DNA of 64,000 nucleotides from an uncultured Chloroflexia bacterium (GCA_963849405.1 CAWKHG010000006.1:490350-554349), one strand, 5' to 3'. Positions 40,476-50,652 are shown, counted from the first letter of the stretch. A program made the numbers and translations. Notes: generated by a model from the sequence alone, not told the origin.

Positions 40476-41360
40476 TCAGAGCTGGGCGTTGAAGGTGTCG
40501 CAGCCCTTCTCGGTGCCGCCCTGGAAGCCGTTCGTGAACCAGGTCCGCCGCTGCGCCGCGGAGCCGTGGGTCCACGTCTCGGGGTCACCCGGCCCTGGGT
40601 CTCGCTGCTGGATCCGGTCGTCGCCGACCGCCGACGCCGCGTCGAGCGCGTCGGCGATCTCGGCCTCGGTGAGGCTGGCTCGAGGAAGCCCGTGGCTGCG
40701 GCGTGCTTGGCCCACATGCCGGCGAAGCAGTCGGCCTGGAGCTCGGTGCGCACCGACGTCCCCGTGGCGCCCTGCGAGCCGGGCGCCGCCCTGAGCGTGC
40801 CGAGCGAGGTCCTGGACGTGGTGGCCGTACTCGTGGGCGAGCACATACGCCTCCGCGAACGGCCCGCCGGTGCGCGCCGAACTTGTCGCGCAGGTCGTCG
40901 AAGAAGCCGAGGTCGATGTAGACGTGCTCGTCGTTCGGGCAGTAGAACGGGCCGACGTCGGCGGTCGCCAGGCCGCAACCCGTGTCCGGGAGCCGGTGAA
41001 GAAGCGTGTGGTGGCGGGCTGGTACTGCCGCCCGCTGTCCTGGAAGGACTTCTGCCAGAACGCCTGGACGCTGTTCACGTAACCCAGGATCCGGCAATCC
41101 TCCTTGGCATTGGCGTCGACGCCCGTCTTGCAATCGTCCAGCGTGGACGCCGCCGGCCCACCCCCGCCCCCGCCCGCAGCCGGGCCCCCGGCCCCACCGA
41201 GATCGCCCGGGTTGCCGCCGAGGAGCACGTAGATGATCACGAGCACGAGGCCGATGCCGCCGCCGCCGACGGCGATGCCCGTGCCACGGCCGCCGCCGCT
41301 CGACCCGCGCATGTCCTCGACCTGGGACGGGTCGAGTTTGGCCCCTGGTTGGAATGTCAC
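40476..41360 (-). CDS. Neutral zinc metallopeptidase (YpfJ-like), frameshifted
   Basis: GPFYCP, YVLAHEYGHHVQ (HExxH), ELQADCFAG, WTHGSAAQR. Confidence 0.88.
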   Translation of the reverse strand: MTFQPGAKLDPSQVEDMRGSSGGGRGTGIAVGGGGIGLVLVIIYVLLGGNPGDLGGAGGPAAGGGGGGPAASTLDDCKTGVDANAKEDCRILGYVNSVQAFWQKSFQDSGRQYQPATTRFFTGSRTRVAAWRPPTSARSTARTTSTSTSTSASSTTCATSSARTGGPFAEAYVLAHEYGHHVQDLARHAQGGARLAGRHGDVGAHRAPGRLLRRHVGQARRSHGLPRASLTEAEIADALDAASAVGDDRIQQRDPGPGDPETWTHGSAAQRRTWFTNGFQGGTEKGCDTFNAQL

Positions 41361-41443
41361 GTCCGCATGATGGCCGCGCGCTGGGTCAGCGCCCGATTGC
41401 GGGCGCGGGCGCTGGCCTCTCAGACGCGTAACGTTCCCGGGGC

Positions 41444-42142
41444 TCAGACGAGCAGGAAGATCCCCAGCGCGATCAGCCAGAGCGACCACGCGATGTAGGC
41501 GATGGGCACGATCGTGCCGGCCAGCGGCCAGCCGTCGCGCTCGTTCGGCCCCACGAACTCGAGCGTGCCGATGAGCAGCGCGACGCCGATCGGCAGCCCG
41601 ACGATCCCCAGCCAGGCCGGGAGGATGGCGGTCGCGAGGACGGACCACGCCACGAGGAGCGTCCACAGGCCGGTGAACAGGTAGCCGAGGTGCTCGCCGA
41701 TGCCGACGCCGAACAGCCGGTGGAGCACCGCGAAGACGACTTCCACGCTGTGACGCGTCGCGTCGCCGCCCGGCCCGTCCTCCGCCGCCACGTAGCGGCG
41801 GGCCAGCTCCGGGACGGCGAACGGCCAGCGCACGAGCCCCACGGCCTGGACGAGGGCCGCAGCGGCCCCGGTGACGAGCGCGAGGGCCGTCAGGGCGAGG
41901 GGCGCCCCCAGGACGACGGCAAGCAGCGTGGAGAGCGGCATCATCGCCAGAGCACTGATCAGCAGCGCCTGCCAGCGCAGGATGAGCCCGGAACCTCCGG
42001 CGGCGAAGCGGCGCAGGATCTCGTCGGGTTCCTTGCGCAGGATGTTCGGGTAGTCGAAGGCCCGGCCGAGCTCGAAGAAGGCGAGGTTGAACGCGATCGG
42101 CACGACGATGAGCAGCACTGCGCAGACCGTTTCGACCGTCAC
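41444..42142 (-). CDS. DUF4386-like membrane protein
   Basis: FDYPNILR, VQAVGLVRWPF, GVGIGEHLGY; several TM segments. Confidence 0.7.
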   Translation of the reverse strand: MTVETVCAVLLIVVPIAFNLAFFELGRAFDYPNILRKEPDEILRRFAAGGSGLILRWQALLISALAMMPLSTLLAVVLGAPLALTALALVTGAAAALVQAVGLVRWPFAVPELARRYVAAEDGPGGDATRHSVEVVFAVLHRLFGVGIGEHLGYLFTGLWTLLVAWSVLATAILPAWLGIVGLPIGVALLIGTLEFVGPNERDGWPLAGTIVPIAYIAWSLWLIALGIFLLV

Positions 42143-42195
42143 GCGGGATGCCCCGATGCTCTGTCCATGCCCATCAGTCTAGGCGCGCCGGCCGG

Positions 42196-42584
42196 TCAGA
42201 AATCGCGCCGGCCCTCGAAGCTGGCCTCGACGCCGGGGCGCGAGAGCTCGTAGATCGCCAGCCGCTGCCCGCCGGGCGCGCGAACGAGCACACCGGACCC
42301 TGCGGGATCTCCAGCGTGTGCCCGCGTTTCCACCCGCGCCCCTCCAGCTCCGCGATCGAGGCGTCGAGGTCGTCGACCCGGTAGACGAGCACCGGCCGGT
42401 CGCCGTCGAGATGGCCGGCCAGGAGGATCCGTGGCGGTTCCGCCGTCAGCTCGACCATCGCCACGCGCGTGCCCATCCCCTCCACGGCGAACACGAGGCG
42501 GCCGCCCAGGACGTCGGTGAAGTACGCGACGTCGGCCGCCACGTCCGTGCTCGGCATGTAGATGTAGTCGAGCCGTTCGAACAT
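42196..42584 (-). CDS. VOC/glyoxalase family protein (frameshift near the 3' end)
   Basis: LDYIYMPSTDVAADVAYF, VYRVDDLD, PGGQRLAIYEL. Confidence 0.8.
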
Positions 42585-42624
42585 GGCCCACGTCCTCTCT
42601 CGCGGTAGCGCCGCCAGCTCGCCC

Positions 42625-43071
42625 TCAGGCGCGGCCTTCCCGCAGCGACGCCACGGACTTCTCGATGCGGCGCTGGCGCGTCTCCGGCGCCTTGGCGGCC
42701 TCGACCGCGAGGACGTGGCGCTGGCGGTTGCTGTACGAGAGGCCGTCGAAGAAGCGCGCGGCGGCCGGCTCGGCGTCCAGGGCCGTCCGGAAGTCGGGCG
42801 GCACGATCACCTCGCGCGGCTGGGTGTCGAGCTCGATCTCGAGGTCGACCGTGTCGCCCGCCGCGACGCCCGCCTTGACCCGGTTCTCGTTGCTGATCCC
42901 GACCATGTACGCCCCGTTGATCGTCGCGATCGTGCTCCGATACGTGAAGTCGCCGATGGTCAGGCGGACGGGCGGCTTCCGGCCCGCCCCGAGCGCCTCC
43001 ACGACGTCCGGCGGGATCTCCATGCCGGCGGCGGTCTTGCCGGCACCCTGGATCAGGACGCGGATCTTCAT
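42625..43071 (-). CDS. DUF1905 + YdeI/OmdA-associated domain protein
   Basis: GKTAAGMEIP..VVEALG, YRSTI, VPPDF..AL, LSYSNRQRH...AKAPETRQRRIEK. Confidence 0.85.
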   Translation of the reverse strand: MKIRVLIQGAGKTAAGMEIPPDVVEALGAGRKPPVRLTIGDFTYRSTIATINGAYMVGISNENRVKAGVAAGDTVDLEIELDTQPREVIVPPDFRTALDAEPAAARFFDGLSYSNRQRHVLAVEAAKAPETRQRRIEKSVASLREGRA

Positions 43072-43121
43072 GGTCGAAGTATGACGTGCGGCGCCACGGG
43101 CCAAGGCCGTAGCATCAGGCG

Positions 43122-44290
43122 ATGAGGCCCCCGAGCATGGCGAACGCGTGCCGCGACCGCCCTCGCGATCGCCAGCGTCGCCCTCGCCTCGTGCGCGGGA
43201 CCGGTCGTGCCGCCGTCGCCGACCCAGCGCGACGCCGATCGTCACCTCAAGCCCGACGGGCACGTCGACGGTCTCACCGGCGTCGCTTCCGGCCGGATCC
43301 ATCACCCCGAAGCCGACGGTCCCCGACCTCGGCGTCGCGCCGGGGCCTCCCCTTCCGGCGCACGTGTTCGCGCCGTACATGCAGATGTATGCGGGCGACA
43401 CGGTGCATGAAGTCGCGAACGCCTCCGGCGCCCGTCACATGACGCTCGCGTTCCTGGAGACGAACGGGACCGACTCGTGCGAGCTCGGCTGGAACGGCGC
43501 CACAGGCTTCGGCGACATCATGAGCCTCCAGCTCATCGTCGACACCGCATCGCTCCGGAGGGCAGGCGGCGACGTCATCCCTTCGTTCGGTGGGTACTCG
43601 GCCGACAACAGCGGGCGCGAGATCGGCGACTCGTGCGCCGATCCGGAGGCGATCGCAGACGGCTACGCCTCGATCGTGACGATGCTCGGCGCCACCCGGC
43701 TGGACATGGACGTGGAAGTCGAGTCGCTCGAGCGTCCCGAGGGGATCGACCGGCGCAACAAGGCGTTGCGCATCCTCCAGGACCGGCTGGCGACGCAGGG
43801 TCGCGCCGTGCAGATCCAGTACACCCTGCCGGCGAGCCCGAACGGCCTCGATGCGGGCGGTCTTGCCGTCCTCCAGAACGCCGTGGCCAACGGGACGCGC
43901 GTCGACATCGTGAACATCATGACCTTCGACTACTACGACGGGACCACGACCGACATGGCCGTCGCGGCGATCCTGGCCGCCAAGGGCCTGCACGCGCAGC
44001 TGGCGAAGCTCTACCCGGACCGGTCGGCGGCCCAGCTGTGGGCGATGGTCGGGATCACCCTCATGCCCGGCATCGACGACTACCCCCAGAAGACGGAGCT
44101 CACGACGCTGGCCCACGCCCGGAAGGTCCTGGCGTTCGCTCGCGACCGCGGCATCGCCAGCCTGTCGATGTGGGCGCTCCAGCGCGACCATGGGACGTGC
44201 CCGGGCGAGGCAGGCAACGACGACTGTTCGGGGATCGAGCAGGCCGACTGGGCCTTCACGAAGCTGTTGAGCGGCTTCACCGGACCCTGA
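43122..44290 (+). CDS. GH18 chitinase-like lipoprotein (indels in the 5' region)
   Basis: Reconstructed lipobox ALAIASVALASC; FAPY, TLAF, IPSFGG, LDMDVE (DxDxE), VNIMTFDY, WALQRD. Confidence 0.82.
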
Positions 44291-44300
44291 CGGGCGTCGC

Positions 44301-45056
44301 TCAGGGCGTCGTCCAGATCCGGAGCGGCCCCAGGCGCTCGAAGCCGAGCTCCACCATCGCGTCGAGCTCCGTGCCCCGCTCGTAGCCGACGACGGCCAGA
44401 TCGGGGAACGTCGACATGACCGCCGCGACCGCGCCGGCGCGATGGGCGTCCCGAGCGTCCTCCGGAAGCACGAGGTTCGAGAGGCCCACGACCGGTCCGG
44501 ACCCGTCGTCCGACCGGTTCGCCACGACGAGGCCCAAGGTCTCCGTGTCGCGACGGGCGGCGAGGAGGACGATGTCGGGATCCTCGAGCAGGTCCGGCAT
44601 GAACACGCGCTCCGGACTCTCCGCGGACAGGGCGTGGCCGTGAGCGGCGCGCCAGGCGGCCTCCCAGGCCGCGAGACCGTCAGCGGAGCTCACCGGCTCC
44701 CACACCACGCCGGAGCGGTCGGCGCCGAACAGGGAGCGGCCCGCCGGCAGGCCCAGCCACTCGGCCTCGAACAGCACGTCGAGGCCAAGCCCGGCGAGAT
44801 CGAGCGCGCTGAACGAATCCTTGTGGGTCCAGCCACTGGGCAGGCCGGCCTCGACCATCTCGCCGATCCGTCGCAACTGGTTCTCGGTGCCGGCCCGACT
44901 GAGCGAGATCGCGTTCGGATAGAACGGCGGGGACGTCCCGGAGTTGATCCACAGGTCGTCGACGAAGTCCGTGTCACAACCCAGGGCCTGGCACACGGCA
45001 TCGCACCAGACGGCGTTGTTGAACACCGCGGCGGCGATCAGGTCGGGGTCCGGCAC
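44301..45056 (-). CDS. Hypothetical protein (possible GNAT-like fold)
   Basis: NNAVWCDAVC, PPFYPNA, KDSFSALDL, VVGYE, GFERLGPLRIW. Confidence 0.6.
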   Translation of the reverse strand: MPDPDLIAAAVFNNAVWCDAVCQALGCDTDFVDDLWINSGTSPPFYPNAISLSRAGTENQLRRIGEMVEAGLPSGWTHKDSFSALDLAGLGLDVLFEAEWLGLPAGRSLFGADRSGVVWEPVSSADGLAAWEAAWRAAHGHALSAESPERVFMPDLLEDPDIVLLAARRDTETLGLVVANRSDDGSGPVVGLSNLVLPEDARDAHRAGAVAAVMSTFPDLAVVGYERGTELDAMVELGFERLGPLRIWTTP

Positions 45057-45071
45057 GCGCGCTCCCTCGCC

Positions 45072-46460
45072 TCAGCCGGATGACGCCGGCGGGATGTTGA
45101 GGTTGTAGCGGAAGGCGTTGTCCGGGTCGTACCGGCGCTTGATCCGGGCCAGGCGTGCATGGCGCTCTGCGCCGAATGCCGCCACCACGCGCTCGGGAGT
45201 CTCGTCGACGGGCGAGTAGTTCGCGTACCCTGCGCCGCTGAGGGATGACGGGCGCAGCGCATCGGTGAAGGTCCGGGCCCAGCCGATGTGGATCGGGTCC
45301 TCCGCGACGTCCTCCCAGACGGCGATCGAGCTGATGTTCCACTCGGCCGCACGCTGGCCGAAGGCCGCCCCGCCGGCGGGCTCGCGACGGGCCGCCCCGG
45401 TGATCGCCTCGAGGAGCACGAACGAGGACCCAGCGGCACGGCTCATGCCCTCGATGACCGTGTCGATCGTCGGCGCGTCGAGCGTCCGGACGAAGTGGCC
45501 CTTCCAGTAGTGCCGGAGGCCGAACGCCATCCGGCCGCTCATCTCCTGCGTCTCGACATAGGTCTTCTGGCTGAGGCTGCTGCTGAGCCGGGGCAAGGCC
45601 AGGATGGGCCGGATGAACGGCTCTGCCTCCTCGGCCGAGCCCTGGTAGACCGTGGTGATCCAGAACCCGATCGGGGCACCGACTTTTGGCTCGTCCGCAC
45701 CGTCCTCGATCAAGGGAGAGGGGCCGCCCGCGAAGATCGCGAGCTCGGGCGGGGCCGTGCGAGTCACCTCGGCGATCACGCGCATGGCCTCGGCCGCGTG
45801 CTCGATCGGCACGGCCACGTCCCCGGCCCACAGCGTCCCGACCGGCTGGAGCGCGAACTCGAACTCGGTCACGACGCCGAAGTTGCCGCCACCACCGCGC
45901 AACGCCCAGAGGAGCTCGGGGTCGCCGCCCTCGCCGGCGATGACGACCGATCCGTCGGCGGTCACGACTTCCGCGCGCACGAGCGTGTCGCAGGTGAGCC
46001 CCGAGGTGCCCATCAGCCAGCCGATGCCGCCGCCGAGGGTCAGGCCGGCGACGCCCGTGTCACCGAACGTGCCGCCCGGCATCGCGAGGCCCTGGGCGGT
46101 CGTTGCCGCGTCCACGTCCTCCCACAAGGCTCCACCGGCGACCCGTGCCCTTCGCCTGCCGGCATCCACGGCGACCGCGCGCATGCCCCGCAGGTCGACG
46201 ACCAGCGCGCCGTCGGCCACCGCATGGCCGGCCACGTTGTGCCCGCCGCCACGGACGGCGATCGGCATCCCGGCGTCATGGGCCCAGCGGACCGCCGCCG
46301 CGACCTCGTCCGTGGAGCGGGGCATGACGATCGCCGCCGGACGCCGGTCGACCGTCGCGTTGAAGGTGGCCCGCGTCTCGTCGTACGTCGCGTCGTCGGG
46401 CAGGACCACGTCGCAGGCCATGGCCGCGCGCAGCGTGTCGATCCGGATCTCGATCGTCAT
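45072..46460 (-). CDS. FAD-binding oxidoreductase with BBE domain (intact)
   Basis: [51 protein letters not shown]. Confidence 0.93.
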   Translation of the reverse strand: MTIEIRIDTLRAAMACDVVLPDDATYDETRATFNATVDRRPAAIVMPRSTDEVAAAVRWAHDAGMPIAVRGGGHNVAGHAVADGALVVDLRGMRAVAVDAGRRRARVAGGALWEDVDAATTAQGLAMPGGTFGDTGVAGLTLGGGIGWLMGTSGLTCDTLVRAEVVTADGSVVIAGEGGDPELLWALRGGGGNFGVVTEFEFALQPVGTLWAGDVAVPIEHAAEAMRVIAEVTRTAPPELAIFAGGPSPLIEDGADEPKVGAPIGFWITTVYQGSAEEAEPFIRPILALPRLSSSLSQKTYVETQEMSGRMAFGLRHYWKGHFVRTLDAPTIDTVIEGMSRAAGSSFVLLEAITGAARREPAGGAAFGQRAAEWNISSIAVWEDVAEDPIHIGWARTFTDALRPSSLSGAGYANYSPVDETPERVVAAFGAERHARLARIKRRYDPDNAFRYNLNIPPASSG

Positions 46461-46556
46461 CGGCTCTCCTGTGGGTCGGTCCCCGGAGCATGACGGGCGG
46501 ATGGCCGCGTGGTCAACGGCCAGCGCCGGCCGGCCCACCCGGGTAACGTTTCGGGC

Positions 46557-47042
46557 ATGGACGACACGGATCGCGCGAGGCTGGACGGAGCGGTGCGGCC
46601 CCTCGGCGTGGAGTACGAGCTGTTCCCGTGCGACCCGGCCCTGGCCGATACGGCCCAGTTCTGCGCCGCCTATGAGTTCGACCTCGACGAATCGGCCAAC
46701 ACGATCGTGGTCGTGGGCAAGGCCGACCCGCGCGTCTATGCCGCGTGCATCGTGCTGGCGCCCCACCGGCTCGACGTGAACCACGCCGTGAAGGCCCGCC
46801 TCGGCACGCGGAAGGCCTCGTTCGCCGGGGCCGACGAGACGCGCGAGCTCACGGGCATGGAGATCGGCGGCGTGACGCCCTTCGGCCTGCCGGCCGACCT
46901 GCCGGTGCTCGTGGATGCGGCCGTCATGCAGAGGCCCCGGATCGTGCTCGGTGGCGGCAGCCGGAGCTGGAAGGTCATCGCGCCGCCGTCGATCCTGCTG
47001 GCGCTCCCGAACGTCGAGGTCGTCGAGGGCCTGGCGAGCTAG
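46557..47042 (+). CDS. YbaK/EbsC family protein
   Basis: KASFA, TGMEIGGVTPFG, GGGSRSWK. Confidence 0.85.
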   Translation: MDDTDRARLDGAVRPLGVEYELFPCDPALADTAQFCAAYEFDLDESANTIVVVGKADPRVYAACIVLAPHRLDVNHAVKARLGTRKASFAGADETRELTGMEIGGVTPFGLPADLPVLVDAAVMQRPRIVLGGGSRSWKVIAPPSILLALPNVEVVEGLAS

Positions 47043-48178
47043 TCGCCAGCGGCCGCCGGGGACGCGGGCCAGGGCGGTCCCATCGTGACCTCCCGGGTCG
47101 TCGCGTCGTCCGCGACGAATGCGACGAGCGCCTCGCCCTCGCGCGCGAGCGCCTCTGCGTCGGCCCCCGAGAGCGGGACCAGCGGCCTGATCACCAGCCG
47201 GGCGTGGCGCCGCTCACGCTCGATCTGCCACGTCCCCGCGACGAAGCCGTCGATCAGGTAGGTGCTGATCGACTCGTTCTGACGGACGACGATGTTCCGG
47301 ACCCGCTCCGGCAGGATCGCCCGGGATCGATCGGCGTACGAGAGCAGCATGTTCTCGTAGTCGTACAGGAAGCGCGGCGGCGCCGGGATCTCGGGATCCG
47401 GACGCGGCGCGTCGGGCAGGTCGAACAGCTCGCGGCCCTGCTCGTCACGGAACGCGAGGAGCTGGGGCCGGAGGCGCTCGAAGACCTCCTTCAGCCTCGT
47501 CAACCCGCACCACATCTGGGCGTCCATCACGCTGGCCGGCCCGAACGCCCGCAGGTAGCGCAGGACCAGCTCATCGAGCGTGAGCCACGCCGGGGGTGCG
47601 TCGCCCAGCCAGGCCTCGATCGAGGTGTGGGCGACCGGACCGCTTCGCCCCCACAGGCCACGGGGCGGCACCTGGACGAGCGGCACGCCCGTCCGGACCG
47701 TCATCTCGAGCGCCAGGTGGTCGTGGCCCGGCCAGCGTTCCAGGAGGTGGGCGCCGAGCGCCTTGAACGTCTGCGGCTCGAGGTCGAGGAACGCCCGCCC
47801 GGCCGCAACGACAGCCGACGTGTCCACGTCCTGGAGGCGTCGCCCGAACTGGCCCTGGTGCATCCGGTCGTGCACGACCTGGATGAGCGGCCGCAGCGCC
47901 CAGGCGTCGCGCGCCGTGACCAGGAAGATCGTGGAGCGCATGAGGGCGATCCGCACGACCTGGCGGTCGAGGAGGAGGTCCGAGAGCTCGCCGGCGCGGA
48001 ACCCCTGCAGCCGCGTCCAGAGGCCGACGTAGGCCGTGTGGGGCGTCTGCGCCTGCATCCCGACCAGGTGCTCGAGGACCTCGGGGACCGACATCGTCGA
48101 GCGTTCGAGCAGGAGTTGGCGGGCCAGGGTCGCCCGGTTGAGCGCGCGCCGCGTCAGGACCGGAGCCTGAGCACCCAT
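47039..48178 (-). CDS. AlkZ-like (HTH_42) DNA glycosylase
   Basis: LNRATLARQLLL, GMQAQ (QxQ motif), LMRSTI, RYLRAFGPA, FLYDYENMLL. Confidence 0.85.
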   Translation of the reverse strand: MGAQAPVLTRRALNRATLARQLLLERSTMSVPEVLEHLVGMQAQTPHTAYVGLWTRLQGFRAGELSDLLLDRQVVRIALMRSTIFLVTARDAWALRPLIQVVHDRMHQGQFGRRLQDVDTSAVVAAGRAFLDLEPQTFKALGAHLLERWPGHDHLALEMTVRTGVPLVQVPPRGLWGRSGPVAHTSIEAWLGDAPPAWLTLDELVLRYLRAFGPASVMDAQMWCGLTRLKEVFERLRPQLLAFRDEQGRELFDLPDAPRPDPEIPAPPRFLYDYENMLLSYADRSRAILPERVRNIVVRQNESISTYLIDGFVAGTWQIERERRHARLVIRPLVPLSGADAEALAREGEALVAFVADDATTREVTMGPPWPASPAAAGD

Positions 48179-48328
48179 CACGCCTCCTCTCCACCCACAC
48201 CAGCCGCCAGCACTCGTCAGCGACGAGTCTGGGCGATAGGCACGGCGCGTGCCAACCTGCCCGACGCACATCGGCCCTGCGTTCCTGCCACACTCCGTCC
48301 GACAACTGATACTTGACCACTCAACGGG

Positions 48329-49276
48329 GTGAGCGTGCCGTCTCCGACCATCCACGTCGCGCGCGACCAGGTCCGGTTCGGGTGGGACCGCAGCTTCGAG
48401 CCGTCGCACTCGGTCCGCAGCGGGGACGAGATCGTCGTCGAGACCCAGGACGCCTCAGCCGGCCAGATCCGGCGCGACGCGACCGTCGAGACCGTCCGGA
48501 CCCTGGACTTCGAGCGGGTCAATCCCGTCTCCGGGCCGATCCTGGTCGAAGGTGCGCGACCGGGCGACGTCCTCCAGGTCGACCTGCTCGACGTGGTCCC
48601 CGGCGACTTCGGCTGGACGGCCCAGATCCCGGGCTTCGGACTGCTGGCCGACGAATACCCGGAGCCGTGGCTGCACCTGTGGACCCTCGAGGCGGACCGG
48701 GCCTCGTTCCGGCCGGGCATCTCGGTGCCGCTGGAGCCGTTCTGCGGCGTCATCGGCGTCGCGCCCGCCGAGCCCGGCCTCCACAGCGTCGTCCCGCCCC
48801 GGCGGGTCGGCGGCAACATGGACATCCGCCAGCTCGGCGCGGGCGCCACGCTCTACCTGCCGGTCGAGGTCGAAGGCGCGCTGCTGGGCATCGGCGACAC
48901 GCACGGCGCCCAGGGCGACGGCGAGGTGTGCGGGACCGCGATCGAGTCCGCGATGACCGTCCGGGCCCGGATCACGCGTGCGCCGGGACATGGCCATCGA
49001 CGGCGCCAGAGTTCGAGGTGCGCCGCCCGCTGGAGCGTCCGAGCGCGGCCGCGGCCGGCTATCACGTCACGACAGGGATCGCGCCGGACCTGCTCGAGGC
49101 GGCGCGGACGGCCGTCCGCCGGATGATCGCCTACCTCGGGAGCGACGCGGGACCTCAGTCCGGCCGATGCCTACGGGCTCTGCTCGGTCGCGGTCGACCT
49201 GAAGATCAGCGAGGTCGTGGACGCCCCGAACTGGGTGGTCTCGGCCTTCCTGCCCGGGGATCTGTTCAGCGACTGA
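48329..49276 (+). CDS. Acetamidase/formamidase family protein (frameshifts in the 3' part)
   Basis: NPVSGPI.VEGARPGD.L.V, GGNMD, GDTHGAQGDGEVCGTAIE, LCSVAVDLKISEVVD. Confidence 0.88.
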
Positions 49277-49415
49277 CTTCCGGCTCCTGCTAGGCTCCTC
49301 GTACGCCGGGCACGCCCCGAGCGAAGGAGCAAGACTCCCGAGCGAAGGCGCCGCGGTGGCGCGGCGCACGACCCGGCGCACGCGATAGACATACTGCCGA
49401 TCTCCCTCGAGGAGC

Positions 49416-50642
49416 ATGTGCCCGATGCCCGATCTCGCGGTCACGATCCAGGCCACGGGTGTGCTGGTCGCGCCAGGTTCGAGCACGTCGTTCACGGTCG
49501 AGGTCACCAATCTCGGCACGGTCGTGGACCGCTACCGCTGCGAGATCGTGGGCATGGACCCGAGCTGGGTGACGGTCACGCCCGCGTCGATGGAGTTGTT
49601 CCCCCAGGCCGGCGACGCGCGCCCGCGCCCGGACTCCCCGCCGTCGGTCGGCCGGTTCACGATCACGCTCCACCCACCACGCGTCCCGGCGGCGGTCGCC
49701 GGTCCATGGCCGATCGGCGCCCGGGTCACGAGCGAGCACGATCCGGCCAGCCGGCGGGTCGAGGAGACGATCGTCGCGATCCTGCCATTCGGCGCCCTCG
49801 ACGCGAAGCTGCATCCGTCGATCGCGGGCGGCCGCCTGGGCGCCAAGGCGAACATCCAGGTCACCAATCAGGGCAACCGGCCCGAGGCCGTCACGATCCT
49901 GGGCTCCGATCCGGCCGACAAGCTCTCGTTCGAGTTCCGGCCGCCAACCGCGAACCTGGGTCCGGGCGACTCGCTCGGCGTCGTGGCGCGCCTGGCCGGC
50001 GGAGGCATCAAGCTGTTCGGCGGGACCGAGACGCGCCCGTTCAAGCTCGACGTCCGCGCCTCGTCGAGCGACACCGAGCCCCAGGTCCTGAGCGGCACGT
50101 TCGAGCGGCGGGCGCTCGTCCCGTCCGGGCTGGGCGCCGCCCTGGCGGTCATCGCCGCGCTGGCGCTCGGCGCCGTGGCCGTCTTCGGGCTCACCCGGCC
50201 GCCCGCCCCCGTGGCCACGCCGCCTCCGGGAGCCACGCCGCTCGTCCTGGTCGTCACGGCACCGCCGACCGACGCACCACCTACGGCCCCGCCGACCGCG
50301 CCGCCGACCGAAGCCCCGCCCAGCTCTGCACCCCCCACTGAGCCTCCCCCGACGGCGCCGCCGATCGATCCGAACACGTGCATCCCCGGCTACGTCTGGC
50401 GGGAGGCCTTCGAAGGCGACGTCGTGTGCGTCACCCCGGACGAGCGGCAGCGAGCCGCGGACGACAATGCCGCCGCGGCGTCGAGGATCGATCCGGGCGG
50501 CGCCTACGGCCCGAACACGTGCATCGCAGGTTTCGTGTGGCGCGTGGCGCGCCCGGAGGACGTCGTCTGCGTCCTCCCGGAGGAGCGCCAGCGCGTGGCG
50601 GACGACAACGCAGCGGCCTCCTCGCGCCGGGTCGGCCCCTGA
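49416..50642 (+). CDS. Single-pass membrane protein: cytoplasmic Ig-like domains, TM, Pro/Thr linker, tandem extracellular Cys-paired repeats
   Basis: VEVTNLGTVVDRY, VTNQGN; TM LGAALAVIAALALGAVAVFGL; two repeats of NTCIxG(Y/F)VWRxAxxxDVVCVxPxERQRxADDNAAA. Confidence 0.75.
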   Translation: MCPMPDLAVTIQATGVLVAPGSSTSFTVEVTNLGTVVDRYRCEIVGMDPSWVTVTPASMELFPQAGDARPRPDSPPSVGRFTITLHPPRVPAAVAGPWPIGARVTSEHDPASRRVEETIVAILPFGALDAKLHPSIAGGRLGAKANIQVTNQGNRPEAVTILGSDPADKLSFEFRPPTANLGPGDSLGVVARLAGGGIKLFGGTETRPFKLDVRASSSDTEPQVLSGTFERRALVPSGLGAALAVIAALALGAVAVFGLTRPPAPVATPPPGATPLVLVVTAPPTDAPPTAPPTAPPTEAPPSSAPPTEPPPTAPPIDPNTCIPGYVWREAFEGDVVCVTPDERQRAADDNAAAASRIDPGGAYGPNTCIAGFVWRVARPEDVVCVLPEERQRVADDNAAASSRRVGP

Positions 50643-50652
50643 GGCTGAGGGC

